64,000 bases of DNA from positions 224,001-288,000 of the forward strand of contig CBDCVR010000015.1 of NCBI GenBank assembly GCA_965223155.1, written 5' to 3'. The DNA comes from Candidatus Multivoradales bacterium. Its GTDB lineage: Bacteria; Acidobacteriota; Thermoanaerobaculia; Multivoradales; JAHEKO01. Below are positions 34,686-44,473 of this stretch, in pieces (position 1 is the stretch's first letter; each line of letters opens with the position of its first letter). The position numbers and the translations under genes were made by a program. The notes beneath the pieces are model-generated. The model was given only the letters and a program-made list of their open reading frames with translations. It was not told the origin of the DNA and made no database searches.

Positions 34686-35268
34686 TGGACCCGCGCGTCA
34701 GCGAACCGTCTCCGACCGCCCACACGGTCAGCGATCTCGCGCCCGAGGTCGCGCGCAACACGACGGTCTGATTGCGACCCGCCGTCAGATCTCTGCGCTC
34801 GACCTGAAACCCGCTCCGCCGCAGGTGCTTCTCGCACGCTGCCGCTAGCCGATCAATCGACTCCGAGGTCTCGATCCCAAAGCTCACCGAAACCCGACCC
34901 TCAGCCTCTTCCAAGGCCGGCGCACCCCGGTTCACGCCCGCGACGTCCGGCACCCAGTCGGGAATCTCGGCCGCGGCCCCCGCTTGCATTGGGAGCTCCC
35001 ACGCACCGGGGTCTGCGCGGGTCTCGTCCTGGGCTGGCTCATACGTCGGGCCCTCGCCACCTCCGGATCCTGGCTCTCCAGACCCGGCCCCGGCCGGAGC
35101 CGAGCCACCGTCCATGGGGACCGCCGCCGCGTCAGGAGAGCTCGTCCCATCTGCGGCGTCCCGGGTCAGATGCCACCAGGTTCCCACCAGAGCTCCAACC
35201 AGAACCAATCCGGCCAGCCATGCGGCCGCACCGGATCGCTTCTTGCGACTTTGGACCCGCCCGTCCAT
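34663..35268 (-). CDS. Membrane-anchored hypothetical protein
   Basis: N-terminal TM, Pro/Gly linker and C-terminal beta-rich domain; 7 bp after the upstream gene. Confidence 0.55.
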   Translation of the reverse strand: MDGRVQSRKKRSGAAAWLAGLVLVGALVGTWWHLTRDAADGTSSPDAAAVPMDGGSAPAGAGSGEPGSGGGEGPTYEPAQDETRADPGAWELPMQAGAAAEIPDWVPDVAGVNRGAPALEEAEGRVSVSFGIETSESIDRLAAACEKHLRRSGFQVERRDLTAGRNQTVVLRATSGARSLTVWAVGDGSLTRGSISYSHPA

Positions 35269-35275
35269 CGCGATG

Positions 35276-35992
35276 CTACTGGGGTTCGGAGCCCACGGCG
35301 AAAAAGTCCGCGTCGAGGTCGAATGCCAGGCGCGTATAGGCCACACTCGAATCCAGCTCCACCTCGAAGTCCGCCTCCGCCCCGGGAATCAACGCCGACG
35401 AGGTCATACGTGCCGCGTGGGTGGCGAGAAGCGCGCCCTCCCGGTCCAAGCCCTGGACGGAGACCGCCACCGCCGTGGCGACGAGGTCGCTGGTGTTGCG
35501 GATCTTGCCGCGGACGATCTCACGGTCCCCGGACTGGAGCCGCTGCCAATCCACCACCACCAGACGCGGCGCCTCCTCGGCCGCCTCATCAGCGGCGGCA
35601 TCCCCTGCCCGACCCGCAGCGGGATCGACATGGCCCACGTCAGCGTCGGTGACGACGAACGTGGCTTTGGGTTTGGGCTCTTCCTTTTCGCCGACCTTGG
35701 CTGGGGCCGCGGCCTCGCGCCGCCGAGCCTCCAAGGCCTCGGTAAGGCGCTCGCTGGCTTCGAGGTCCACGTCCCGCGCGGCCATCGAAACCAGAGTGCC
35801 GTCCGGAAGCTCGAAGACCAGAAGTCGTCCATCGACGCTCCACGCGCCGCGCGTCTCGACTCGTGAGCCGTCGCGAAGCACCAGCCAGTCGGCCTCTAGC
35901 GGCGGCGCGATCGTCAGTGCGACGGCTACCGCCAGCCAGCAGGCAGGGCCGCTCCCGAACCGGGCCTCCGGAACACTGTCTTTCGAGATCAG
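35276..35992 (-). CDS. Exported FxLYD-like Ig-fold protein, probable CTG start coupled to the pilY1 stop
   Basis: The frame extends upstream of the called GTG through a signal peptide (WLAVAVALTIAPPLEA). C-terminal pattern G.IRN......V.V...D..G......L.PG....F. Confidence 0.6.
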   Translation of the reverse strand: MISKDSVPEARFGSGPACWLAVAVALTIAPPLEADWLVLRDGSRVETRGAWSVDGRLLVFELPDGTLVSMAARDVDLEASERLTEALEARRREAAAPAKVGEKEEPKPKATFVVTDADVGHVDPAAGRAGDAAADEAAEEAPRLVVVDWQRLQSGDREIVRGKIRNTSDLVATAVAVSVQGLDREGALLATHAARMTSSALIPGAEADFEVELDSSVAYTRLAFDLDADFFAVGSEPQ

Positions 35993-38900
35993 AAGTCTCT
36001 CCAGTTCTTCTCGATCAGGCAGATCGGCACCGGAGCGATGGTCTCGACCCTGGTGTCGGCGCCGACCGCCTTGATGTCCACCCTCTGCGAGCTGAACCGG
36101 CAGTTCTCCGGGAAAAGCTTGGTCAGCTCGTCGAAGATCTGCTGCTGGTCCGGAGGCAAGCTATCTTCGGGCGGATCCGTCGGGCTCGGTGGCGAACCCG
36201 GTTTGTTCTTCGTGGTCGCGAGATCCGCGAAGGCCTTGCTTGCCAGCGTGTTGATCGTCTGAGCGCGCGTGCGCACGCCGTTCTCGAAAAGCACCCCGTT
36301 GCCACTGGTCGTCAGCACGCCAAACAAGCGGCTGGAGCCGCCGCGCGAGCAAAGACGAAGGTTGGATCTCCGGGGCGCGTTGGGATCGATCACCGACTCG
36401 ACCTCAGGGATATAGCTGCTGAAAACCGTCACTCCGGAGAGGGCAAAGGCATCAGCGATCACCCGCTCATTGGGCTGGTCCAGTTCGAGCACCCAACCGT
36501 GGCGTTTGCCCGTACCGGGATGCTGCAGGAAGTCCGTGTTGACGGTGGCGCTTCCCGGGGTGATCTTCTCGAGGTCGTCAGCCACGAGGGTAGGCGCCAG
36601 CAGCGTCGTATCGTCCAGAAAGACGTAGAAACGGCCTGGCGCCGGCGCGATGCTCCAGAGGTTCTCGCGATCGCCGTCTCCCAGCGCCAGCGTGAAGTTG
36701 GGGCTCAGCCGGGGGGTGAAGATCACCGACGGCCGATGATAGAACGGCTGCCTGGTTCCGGTCGCAGAGTTGACGTTGTCGAAGACGACCCTGGGCTTGA
36801 AGGCGTTGTCAAGGATGCGCTTGACCGGCACTTGGGTGATGACCCCGCCGGATTCGACGGCCACCTGGGTATCGACCAGGACCGGCACGTCGGGAGCTCC
36901 CGAGGCCGGGTGCAGATCCACCCGGTACACGAAGCCGCCCAGGGTCGGGATGTAGACCCGATCCAGCAAGCCGTCCTGGTTGACGTCCACCGCCGCCGGC
37001 TCGCTGGCGGCCGCCCCGCCTGACGCCGTCGGGTCGGCCGGGTCCTCCAGGCGTCGTTTGTAGATGGTCTGGCCGGTCTCGACGTCAACGATGTAGAGCC
37101 AGTCACCGCGAGCGAACTTGAGTGCTGGGTCGATGCCGCCCCCGAAGATCGCCACGAAGCGGTCTTCCTCGACGCCTCCGACCTTGAGGCGCATCCGTCC
37201 CAGATTCGGCCTGGACCAGGTCTGGGCCAGGTCGGGGTACTGGTTGCCGTCCTCGTCCAGCCGTACCCGCTGGCCGCCAACGACGAGGGTGTCGTCGAAC
37301 TCCCACAGTGGGGTCGCAAACGTCAGCTCGTCGTGGCAATCCATGACGTCGCCAGTGCCGGTTGCGTTCCAACAATCGGGAATCGGATTGGCGTTCTTGG
37401 GCACGGTGACCGTCTGCTGGGGCGGACCCGGCAGCGTTACCTCCTCGAGCTGGTCAGGATGGGTGACGTCGAGCGCATAGAGGCTCTCGCCACCCCGCCG
37501 CAGCCCTGCCACGAGGACGGTACGCCACTCCCGATCGTTGGCGGTGGGCGTCCCGGCGTGCTTCGGATCCAGAAATACATCGGCCACTGACAGACTGCCA
37601 TCGACCGCCCACTGGTGGGATGTGCCTTGCGCGATGTCCGTCACCTTGGACATCGAGCCGCGCGGCATGTAGGCCAGGACCTCCCGACCGGTGCCGTTGT
37701 TGATGACGACTTCGTTGTTGACCACGTCAGCGACGCCGGCGTCGAAGAAATGGATCATGCCGTCGTTGGCCGCGAGGACAAGCAGCTTGCGGCGGAACTC
37801 GTGGCGCTTGGCGAAGTCACGGTAGCCCTCATAGTCCTGGACGAAGAGCAGGTTGCTGGTCGGAGCCCCGAGCACCACAGGGTCGGCATGAAAGGTCTCA
37901 CCCAGAATGTAGGTGATCTCGCTGGCCGGATCGTCGGGATCGGTGCGCGCCGTCTTGAGCGAGTAGGTCGCGTCGACGACGTTGTTGGCATCGGCGCGGG
38001 CTTGATCCTCGGAAGTTTCGACTCCGGCGTTGAAGACCAGTCCCAGGCCATTCCAGAAGTCGATTTCGTCGGTGCTGGCCGAACTCCCGCTCTTGGTCGT
38101 GCCCACGAACGGCTTGGCAACCCGCGGCACCGCATTCGAAGTCGAAGCTTGGCTGTAGAAGACCCTACGCTGGTTGAGGGTCGCCCCGAAGGGGTTGGCG
38201 ACATCGACCTGCTGTTTCAGCTCGTCGCCGACGTCCCAGACGATGCAGCCTTCGGTGTCATTGGGGCCGCAGACTCTCGACGGATCGGGAACGAACAGCG
38301 TCTCCCCTGTGTCGGGGTCGGTGACCTGCATCAAAGCGTCTTCCAGCGGCTTCAAGATGGCGGTCCCGCTTCCGGCCCAGGTGGATACCTCGTTGAGGGG
38401 CGTGAAACTGGTCAAGACCACTTTGTCTTCGGCTTCGGTCTGGACGGAGGGCACCGCGGCGCTGGTGAAGGAGCGCGCTTCCGACTCGATCGTTCCCAGA
38501 ATGTCCTGCAAGGCGGTCCGAAGCTGATCGCCGGTATCCACCGTGATGAGCTCGGCGTCGGCATTCGAGAGAATGCTCTGGAAGGATTGTTCGCCTTCTC
38601 GACCACCTACGTTCAACACCCAAACACTGGTGCCGATCGCGTCCAGATCGGCGGTGTCGGCCGAGGCATTCTCGCCGCCGCAGGTGTCCTCGCCATCCGA
38701 GATCATGATCACGAAAGGCCGGCGGCACTCGTAGTCCGGATCGCGACCCTTGGCGACCTGCTGCCAGCCCTCGGTAAACGAGATCTTGCTGTTGCCATCT
38801 CGGCACTTGCCCGCCGGCCCGATGTTGGGGCCAAGGTAGAAGCAGCGGTAGTCGTTGACGGCCTTGGCGAACGGCGTCTCGCCGGTCGCAACCACCGGCC

Positions 38901-40170
38901 GGCGGCCAGGATCCGCCAGGGCATGGTTGCCGGTAACCCCGTCCGGAAGATGGGCGAAGTAGTTGGCCACCCCGAAGTCCGGAGGCGCGCCGGTGTTGTG
39001 GTTCGGGTTGAGCCGCTTCAACATGTCGTCCTTGGCCGAGATATCCCAGTGGAACGGGATGAAGTCGCCCCGGTCCAGCTCGCGGAACTGCGGGTACACC
39101 GGATCCAGCAGGGTATTCAGTTTCAGGTTGCGGCACACCGGATTCGAGCCGGACGTGGAACAGAACTCGTCGTCCGACGTCAGTTGCTTCTGCACGCCCG
39201 AAAGCTCGCTGAGATTCGCCAGCTCGAGCACCGGATCGTCGTAGTTACCCTCGAGGCCCTTGCCCGAAAAGGGCGAGCCCGAGCTGCAATCGGTGTCCGC
39301 AAACGCCCCCCGCCAGTTCCAGAATCCGGCGTGGTCCTCGACGTCGTTGCCGCCGCCCTCGGCGCCGTCGTCAGCGAACCGATCGCCCATGTCGTCCATC
39401 AACGTCGCACCCACCCGCTGGAAGTCGAGGTTGGACACAAGGCTGGCAATGACACCCTGATTGCAGTCCCCCGTATTGATGACGTCCATGCGAATGGTCA
39501 GGACGGGATCGCCTAGGGATTGAGAGCCCGCCTGGACGCCGGGAGCCGAAAAGATGATCCTCCTGTGGACGCCGTTGAACTCCACCCACATCGTGGTCTT
39601 GGAGGTTCCGTCCGCGCCCAGCTTCGGAAAGCGGCTAGCCTTGGCCCGTTCCTCGGGGTTGGTCAAGTCGAAGGCTGTCGCGCAGGTGTTGGCCACGCCG
39701 AGGGTGCCGCCCTCCCCCGGAATGAGGCGGCCCACGGTCAGCACGTCGTCGAAAGCGTCCACTTGCCCATTGCTGTCGATCAAGGGATAGAGAAGCAGCG
39801 TGTCGAAAAACGATTGAGGTTGCGTGCGGCTGTAGAGAAAGTGCTTCGACTGGACGTGAAGCTCGTCCTGGTTGAAGGTCATGAAGCCGAAGTTGATGCC
39901 GTCCTCGGCCTTGAAAATGTCGTATAGGGCCTTCTTGGCCGCGTAGATCTTGGAGCGCTCGTAGTCGCCGTTCATGGGATGCCACTCGTTGGTGCCGATG
40001 GTGAGGTTCATCGACGTCGAGGTGTCCAGAATCAGCATGACGTACGGGGTGGCCGTGTTCTTGCGCAAGAGGTCGGTGTCGTCCGTCCGAGCCGGAGGGA
40101 CGCTCGAAAGCAGCAGCGCGACGCAGCCCACCGCTAGGTGAGCGCGCCATCGTCTGGATCCGATGTGCAT
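35989..40170 (-). CDS. pilY1: Type IV pilus tip adhesin / biogenesis protein PilY1 with vWA domain
   Basis: Signal peptide; MIDAS-like DTSTSM...ISDGED; ANDGMIHFF; GLRRGG..YALDVT; TWSRP; Ca-binding loop DVNQDGLLD. Confidence 0.88.
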   Translation of the reverse strand: MHIGSRRWRAHLAVGCVALLLSSVPPARTDDTDLLRKNTATPYVMLILDTSTSMNLTIGTNEWHPMNGDYERSKIYAAKKALYDIFKAEDGINFGFMTFNQDELHVQSKHFLYSRTQPQSFFDTLLLYPLIDSNGQVDAFDDVLTVGRLIPGEGGTLGVANTCATAFDLTNPEERAKASRFPKLGADGTSKTTMWVEFNGVHRRIIFSAPGVQAGSQSLGDPVLTIRMDVINTGDCNQGVIASLVSNLDFQRVGATLMDDMGDRFADDGAEGGGNDVEDHAGFWNWRGAFADTDCSSGSPFSGKGLEGNYDDPVLELANLSELSGVQKQLTSDDEFCSTSGSNPVCRNLKLNTLLDPVYPQFRELDRGDFIPFHWDISAKDDMLKRLNPNHNTGAPPDFGVANYFAHLPDGVTGNHALADPGRRPVVATGETPFAKAVNDYRCFYLGPNIGPAGKCRDGNSKISFTEGWQQVAKGRDPDYECRRPFVIMISDGEDTCGGENASADTADLDAIGTSVWVLNVGGREGEQSFQSILSNADAELITVDTGDQLRTALQDILGTIESEARSFTSAAVPSVQTEAEDKVVLTSFTPLNEVSTWAGSGTAILKPLEDALMQVTDPDTGETLFVPDPSRVCGPNDTEGCIVWDVGDELKQQVDVANPFGATLNQRRVFYSQASTSNAVPRVAKPFVGTTKSGSSASTDEIDFWNGLGLVFNAGVETSEDQARADANNVVDATYSLKTARTDPDDPASEITYILGETFHADPVVLGAPTSNLLFVQDYEGYRDFAKRHEFRRKLLVLAANDGMIHFFDAGVADVVNNEVVINNGTGREVLAYMPRGSMSKVTDIAQGTSHQWAVDGSLSVADVFLDPKHAGTPTANDREWRTVLVAGLRRGGESLYALDVTHPDQLEEVTLPGPPQQTVTVPKNANPIPDCWNATGTGDVMDCHDELTFATPLWEFDDTLVVGGQRVRLDEDGNQYPDLAQTWSRPNLGRMRLKVGGVEEDRFVAIFGGGIDPALKFARGDWLYIVDVETGQTIYKRRLEDPADPTASGGAAASEPAAVDVNQDGLLDRVYIPTLGGFVYRVDLHPASGAPDVPVLVDTQVAVESGGVITQVPVKRILDNAFKPRVVFDNVNSATGTRQPFYHRPSVIFTPRLSPNFTLALGDGDRENLWSIAPAPGRFYVFLDDTTLLAPTLVADDLEKITPGSATVNTDFLQHPGTGKRHGWVLELDQPNERVIADAFALSGVTVFSSYIPEVESVIDPNAPRRSNLRLCSRGGSSRLFGVLTTSGNGVLFENGVRTRAQTINTLASKAFADLATTKNKPGSPPSPTDPPEDSLPPDQQQIFDELTKLFPENCRFSSQRVDIKAVGADTRVETIAPVPICLIEKNWRDF

Positions 40171-40186
40171 GAGCTGGAACCTTCCT

Positions 40187-40771
40187 TTAGAAAGAAATCT
40201 TCGCCATCATGGCGTTGTCTTCGAGTGGAAACAGAGCTTCGGGCAAGACCTTCCAGGGCTGCATTTCGATCATCGCGGCCACTTGTTTCTCACCCATGGC
40301 GCTCTTGGTCGCGCCCCGGTCATAGGTCATGAAGCGCTGGGCGGTCGAGGAGACCGCGTTGTTGATCTTGCGGTAGGCGTTTTCGCTGTAGGTGCCCGCG
40401 TTATTGATCTCGCACAGATTGCACGGAGTGTCGAGAATGGGCAGCAACGGCGTCAGAGAGACCTCGCTCGCCCAGTCCGGATTGGCGTCCTGATAGTCGA
40501 GGCCGTCGTCGGTCAGAATGAAGGTTTGCGACGAGTGATCGCCCGACACCAGACCGCGGGCAACTGCGACCTCGAGGCCGGTGTCGGCGGCGTAGAAGAC
40601 GCGGGTGGCGACCCGCTCGTTGGCGCCGATCTGAAGCTCGGTCTGGGTGGTTACCGCCAGCGACAGCGCGATGACGGTCAGAAGGATCATCACCAGCAGG
40701 GTCACCAGATAGGCGCTGCCGGCTTGACGCCGGGGCCGGCGAGAGCCGGGTCGGTGCGATCGGGCCGTCAT
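40187..40771 (-). CDS. pilX: PilX-like minor pilin
   Basis: Prepilin G|SAYLVTLL lacking Glu5; FYAADTGLE. Confidence 0.78.
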   Translation of the reverse strand: MTARSHRPGSRRPRRQAGSAYLVTLLVMILLTVIALSLAVTTQTELQIGANERVATRVFYAADTGLEVAVARGLVSGDHSSQTFILTDDGLDYQDANPDWASEVSLTPLLPILDTPCNLCEINNAGTYSENAYRKINNAVSSTAQRFMTYDRGATKSAMGEKQVAAMIEMQPWKVLPEALFPLEDNAMMAKISF

Positions 40772-42054
40772 GTGATGTTCCTCATGTCGATCAAGGTCCG
40801 GATCTGCCGGCGGCGGTATCGCCGCTCCGCCTGACTGTTGAGGCGATCCGAGGAGGTATAGGCATGGTCCTCGATCGCGGTCAAGACCGGCGCCTGGTAC
40901 TTGACGTCAGGAGCCGAGGTGCGAGCCAGGGTAGTCACCCGCAGGTAGTAGAGCCGGGTCGATCGGGGGCCAGAGGTCGGCACCGGCGTCACCGAGTTCC
41001 AACCGGCCTGGGTGTCGTTGTCGCCCGAGTGGTTGTAGAGCCACTCGTCGTCCGCGGCCGGCGTCGTGCCTTCGATGTCGCCGTCGTTATCGACATCAAG
41101 CCCCATGGCGACCTGGAGGTCCACCATGTTGTCGGCGATGTCGTTCTGCCAGTTGAGGATGTCGTTCCGGTACGGCATGTCGGAGCCCGGAAAGACGCGC
41201 GCCATGGAAAAGTGCGGGATGAACTCGGAGCTGGTGTCTCCGGCAACGGCGAAGTCCTCGCGGATATAAAAGCGGTACTCCTCGAGGATGCCCAGAAACG
41301 CCACTGAGGTCAGGGCCGCCGGGAAAGCGCCGTTCGGCGACAGTCGCAGGTAGTCGGCGCTGTTGGCGCCGTTGGTCAAGAAGTTCAGCAACACCGTGTT
41401 GTTGTTGCTGAAGCTCGAACAGTCCACGTTCGACCGCGAGGTGGCCGGATCCAGCTGGACGACCGCGTAGATGGCGTCGTCCAGGGGACTCACCAGGACC
41501 AGCGCTTCCGGATGGTCGTCGGTGTCGCAGATGGCGTCCAGAATCGGAGCCAGGTCGTGGCGGACCCCGGTGGGACTCTGGTTGGCGATGGTCACCGTGC
41601 CACCGGTCGCGGTGCGAGTGAAGTTGGTCGCTTCCAGGTGGTTGATCTGGTAGAGCGAGCTTGTGAAGACGCCCCGGATGGTCAGAATGTCGGTTCCTTC
41701 GACCACCATCGGACCGACTCCATCGGTGATGCCAATCTGCGTATTCTGGGCGACGTTGTTTTCCACTTCCACGGCGAGGCCCCGGGGCACTGCCTTGTTG
41801 GGCACGGCGCGTAACGGAATCGGTCCACGGCCAGCCATTCGGATAAGGCGCGCCAGATCGTATTGGCCGGCCCGCAACGCCTGCTGCATGCCGGTGATCT
41901 CGGTCTGAGCCCGTGCGAACTTGGAGCTGAAGTCGAAGGTCGTGAGGATGCCGAGAAGAATGACCGAGAACAGCCCCAAACCAACCAGCATCTCGACCAG
42001 GGTGAAGCCGCGCCAACGCTGATCGGAACGGCGACGATGACGAACCGCCCGCAT
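40768..42054 (-). CDS. pilW: PilW-like minor pilin
   Basis: RG|FTLVEMLV; QQ.LR....L....RMAG pattern. Confidence 0.78.
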   Translation of the reverse strand: MRAVRHRRRSDQRWRGFTLVEMLVGLGLFSVILLGILTTFDFSSKFARAQTEITGMQQALRAGQYDLARLIRMAGRGPIPLRAVPNKAVPRGLAVEVENNVAQNTQIGITDGVGPMVVEGTDILTIRGVFTSSLYQINHLEATNFTRTATGGTVTIANQSPTGVRHDLAPILDAICDTDDHPEALVLVSPLDDAIYAVVQLDPATSRSNVDCSSFSNNNTVLLNFLTNGANSADYLRLSPNGAFPAALTSVAFLGILEEYRFYIREDFAVAGDTSSEFIPHFSMARVFPGSDMPYRNDILNWQNDIADNMVDLQVAMGLDVDNDGDIEGTTPAADDEWLYNHSGDNDTQAGWNSVTPVPTSGPRSTRLYYLRVTTLARTSAPDVKYQAPVLTAIEDHAYTSSDRLNSQAERRYRRRQIRTLIDMRNIT

Positions 42055-42612
42055 CTACTTGGCCTTCAACATGCGCAAAACGATGTCGCGCGGCGGACCC
42101 ATCACGCTCCCCCGCTGATCTTCAATCTCGACGAGGATCTCCTTGAGGTGCACCTGGTCCGGATCGACGCTGCCGCTGTCTGCGGCGGTGGCCAGAAAAT
42201 CGACGGTGTTGGCGTCGGTGTCGAGCGCGTTGATGTTGTACTGGCGCACTGTGATCGTTCGCTCGTAGGGAGGGGCTTCTCCCGCGGGAATGGGCAGGTC
42301 CTTCCACTGATGCTCGGATTCCGACCAGTACTGAGGCCCCAGAACCAGCTCCGTCTGTCCGGCGGGAATGGTCAGATCGACATTGGAAAAGTCGAGCTGG
42401 AACATCTCCTCGGCTCCCGAGATGCCGTGCTTGCTGACCTTGGAGTACGAGAGACCGCCCGAGTTATTGATCATCGAACGGATGTAGACCGGAAGGATAC
42501 CGAGCACTACGACGATGAAGAGGCCGGAGGCGACCAGCAACTCGACTAGAGAAAATCCGCCGCGGCGGCGGAGCCTGCGACCGAGACGTCCCACCGTCAG
42601 TACCAGATCCAC
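42055..42612 (-). CDS. pilV: PilV-like minor pilin (start approximate)
   Basis: GG|FSLVELLVA prepilin motif; position in the cluster. Confidence 0.72.
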   Translation of the reverse strand: MDLVLTVGRLGRRLRRRGGFSLVELLVASGLFIVVVLGILPVYIRSMINNSGGLSYSKVSKHGISGAEEMFQLDFSNVDLTIPAGQTELVLGPQYWSESEHQWKDLPIPAGEAPPYERTITVRQYNINALDTDANTVDFLATAADSGSVDPDQVHLKEILVEIEDQRGSVMGPPRDIVLRMLKAK

Positions 42613-43139
42613 TTGACGCCTCCTTGCCCGTGTTCCTCGAAGGAGTCACCGTCCCACTTTCGGGTCCGAAGCCGGCCGGTGCCGGGCGGATCCAGCACGA
42701 CCTCGAGGAAATTGCCGCGCTCGTCGCCGAGCCGGAAGGCGCCACGCTCGATGGCGGCCCCGGTGGGGGTGAAAATGGCCTCGTCGGTCAGGCCGAAACC
42801 GTCCACCACGGTCTGTCCCGCCGGAGCTCGAAAGTCCACTCCCGGGGTGGTGCGCACATCGTAGGCGTATTCTCGAGCCGGCGTAGTCGCGATCGAGACC
42901 TCCAGCCGATCGCCGTTGATTGCCACCCGAGCTTCGCGGCTGTAGCGGATGGCATCCAGCCGCGCCCGCTGCAGAAGCGCTGTGGTCTGACGGGCCGCGC
43001 TCAGCATGCGCGAGCGCGGGATCTGCCGCTGAAAGGTCGGAAAGACCAGTGCCGCGACGATCGCCATGATGCCCATGACGATCAGAAGCTCGATGAGGGT
43101 AAACCCCTTGCCGGACCGATGTTTCCGTTGCGCGGTCAT
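42597..43139 (-). CDS. FimT/GspH-like minor pilin
   Basis: KG|FTLIELLIV; L..AR..AI; F.P.G motif. Confidence 0.8.
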   Translation of the reverse strand: MTAQRKHRSGKGFTLIELLIVMGIMAIVAALVFPTFQRQIPRSRMLSAARQTTALLQRARLDAIRYSREARVAINGDRLEVSIATTPAREYAYDVRTTPGVDFRAPAGQTVVDGFGLTDEAIFTPTGAAIERGAFRLGDERGNFLEVVLDPPGTGRLRTRKWDGDSFEEHGQGGVKWIWY

Positions 43140-43292
43140 TACAATGGCGCCGGGCGACAAGCCCAGTCCTTGCCATTGTCTCTCAAGACCGGATTTCGAG
43201 AGTGTGACGCGCTCCACAGCCCGCCGGAAAACTCGGGTGATACAAGACACCCGCCGCCAGGCCCCAAGGCCTGCGCGGCCGCTGGCGGCCTC

Positions 43293-43577
43293 CTAGCGCG
43301 CTCTTGACCCGGTGCGCTCGACCGCGTCCACGATCCCGACCACCACCGCCCGCACCGGCGCGTCGTCCCGACCCAGCACCTGCCGCGCCGAGTTGCCTTC
43401 ATCCAGAACCAGGACATCTTCGCCGGTCCCGGCGCCAACCCAATCGATCGCGATCAGATAGTCGCCGGTGGTCCGGCCGCGATCGTCGATGAGATCGCAC
43501 AAGAGAAGCTTGCGGCCGCGATACGCGGGCGAAGCGATGGTCGACACCACCGTCCCTCGCACTCGGCCGAGTTTCAT
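43293..43577 (-). CDS. BMC vertex (pentamer) protein, EutN/CcmL family
   Basis: MKLGRVRGTVVST...AID.VGAG.GE.V...VVGIVD. Confidence 0.92.
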   Translation of the reverse strand: MKLGRVRGTVVSTIASPAYRGRKLLLCDLIDDRGRTTGDYLIAIDWVGAGTGEDVLVLDEGNSARQVLGRDDAPVRAVVVGIVDAVERTGSRAR

Positions 43578-43876
43578 GGCGCCGGCTCCGAACTACCGGT
43601 GGAGTCCAACTCGCCGTCGACCCGGTCGACGAGGCCGACGATCGCGTCGTCCACAGGGACGAAGGGCTCGGGAAGAGCCAGGGAGGCTTCCCGGCTGGAT
43701 ACGAAGTACACGAGGTCGCCGACGCCGGCCATGGCCACGGCATCGGCGGCAACCACCGCCGCGCCGCTGGGGCGCAAGTCGCGGTCCAGAGGCTGGATGA
43801 CTAGGAGCTTGACGCCCTCGAGCCCGGCCACTTTGGTGGTCGAGACCACGGTACCCAGCACCCGCGCCAGCTTCAC
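43574..43876 (-). CDS. BMC vertex (pentamer) protein, EutN/CcmL family
   Basis: MKLARVLGTVVST.K...G.KLL...AADAV...IVGLVD. Confidence 0.92.
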   Translation of the reverse strand: MKLARVLGTVVSTTKVAGLEGVKLLVIQPLDRDLRPSGAAVVAADAVAMAGVGDLVYFVSSREASLALPEPFVPVDDAIVGLVDRVDGELDSTGSSEPAP

Positions 43877-44469
43877 GCCGTCCCTCCCGACGAAGACAAC
43901 CTCGCCAGAAAAGTCGGCTGTGCTGCCAGATTCGCATGCATCTCCTCGTGGAGCTGCGCAATCACCCGCGATGCCACCACCACATCACGGCCGGCCAAGC
44001 GACCCACGCCGAGGTCTACGGCGGCCTCCACTGCCGAGACCTCTCCACCTAGGAGCACGTAGCCCTTGCCGCCCAGGCCGTCCGCCATCCGGATCTCCAG
44101 CAGCCGAACAAGCGCTCCCTTGACCGCCGCGTCAGCGGCTTCGATCGCGGCGGCCACGGTCCGCGTCTCGAGGATGCCCAGCGCATTGTCCTGGCTCCAG
44201 CGCCGGCCGCCGCGCAGGGCTTCGACGACCTGGGAGTCCACATCGGCCAAGAAAACGCGGTCGCGCTCGAACCCGGCGGCAACTGCTGCGCCCGCGTCTC
44301 GGGCCTCTTCCACGTCGCCAACCTCGCCGCCTGCCAGAACCAGGTAGCGGCCGGGGTGGATGGTGCCGGCCAGCAGCGTTGCCAGCGGCGCCCGCTTGGC
44401 CATGGCGTCGCCGGCCTCGATGCCGACCGCGATCGAGTCGAACTCCAGCAGCAGAATCGCCGGACGCAT
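43873..44469 (-). CDS. BMC tandem-domain shell protein, PduT-like (BMC-T)
   Basis: E..SIA.GI...DAM.K, T.HPGRY, LGILET, AADAAVK and GLGGKGY. Confidence 0.88.
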   Translation of the reverse strand: MRPAILLLEFDSIAVGIEAGDAMAKRAPLATLLAGTIHPGRYLVLAGGEVGDVEEARDAGAAVAAGFERDRVFLADVDSQVVEALRGGRRWSQDNALGILETRTVAAAIEAADAAVKGALVRLLEIRMADGLGGKGYVLLGGEVSAVEAAVDLGVGRLAGRDVVVASRVIAQLHEEMHANLAAQPTFLARLSSSGGTA

Positions 44470-44473
44470 CGGA

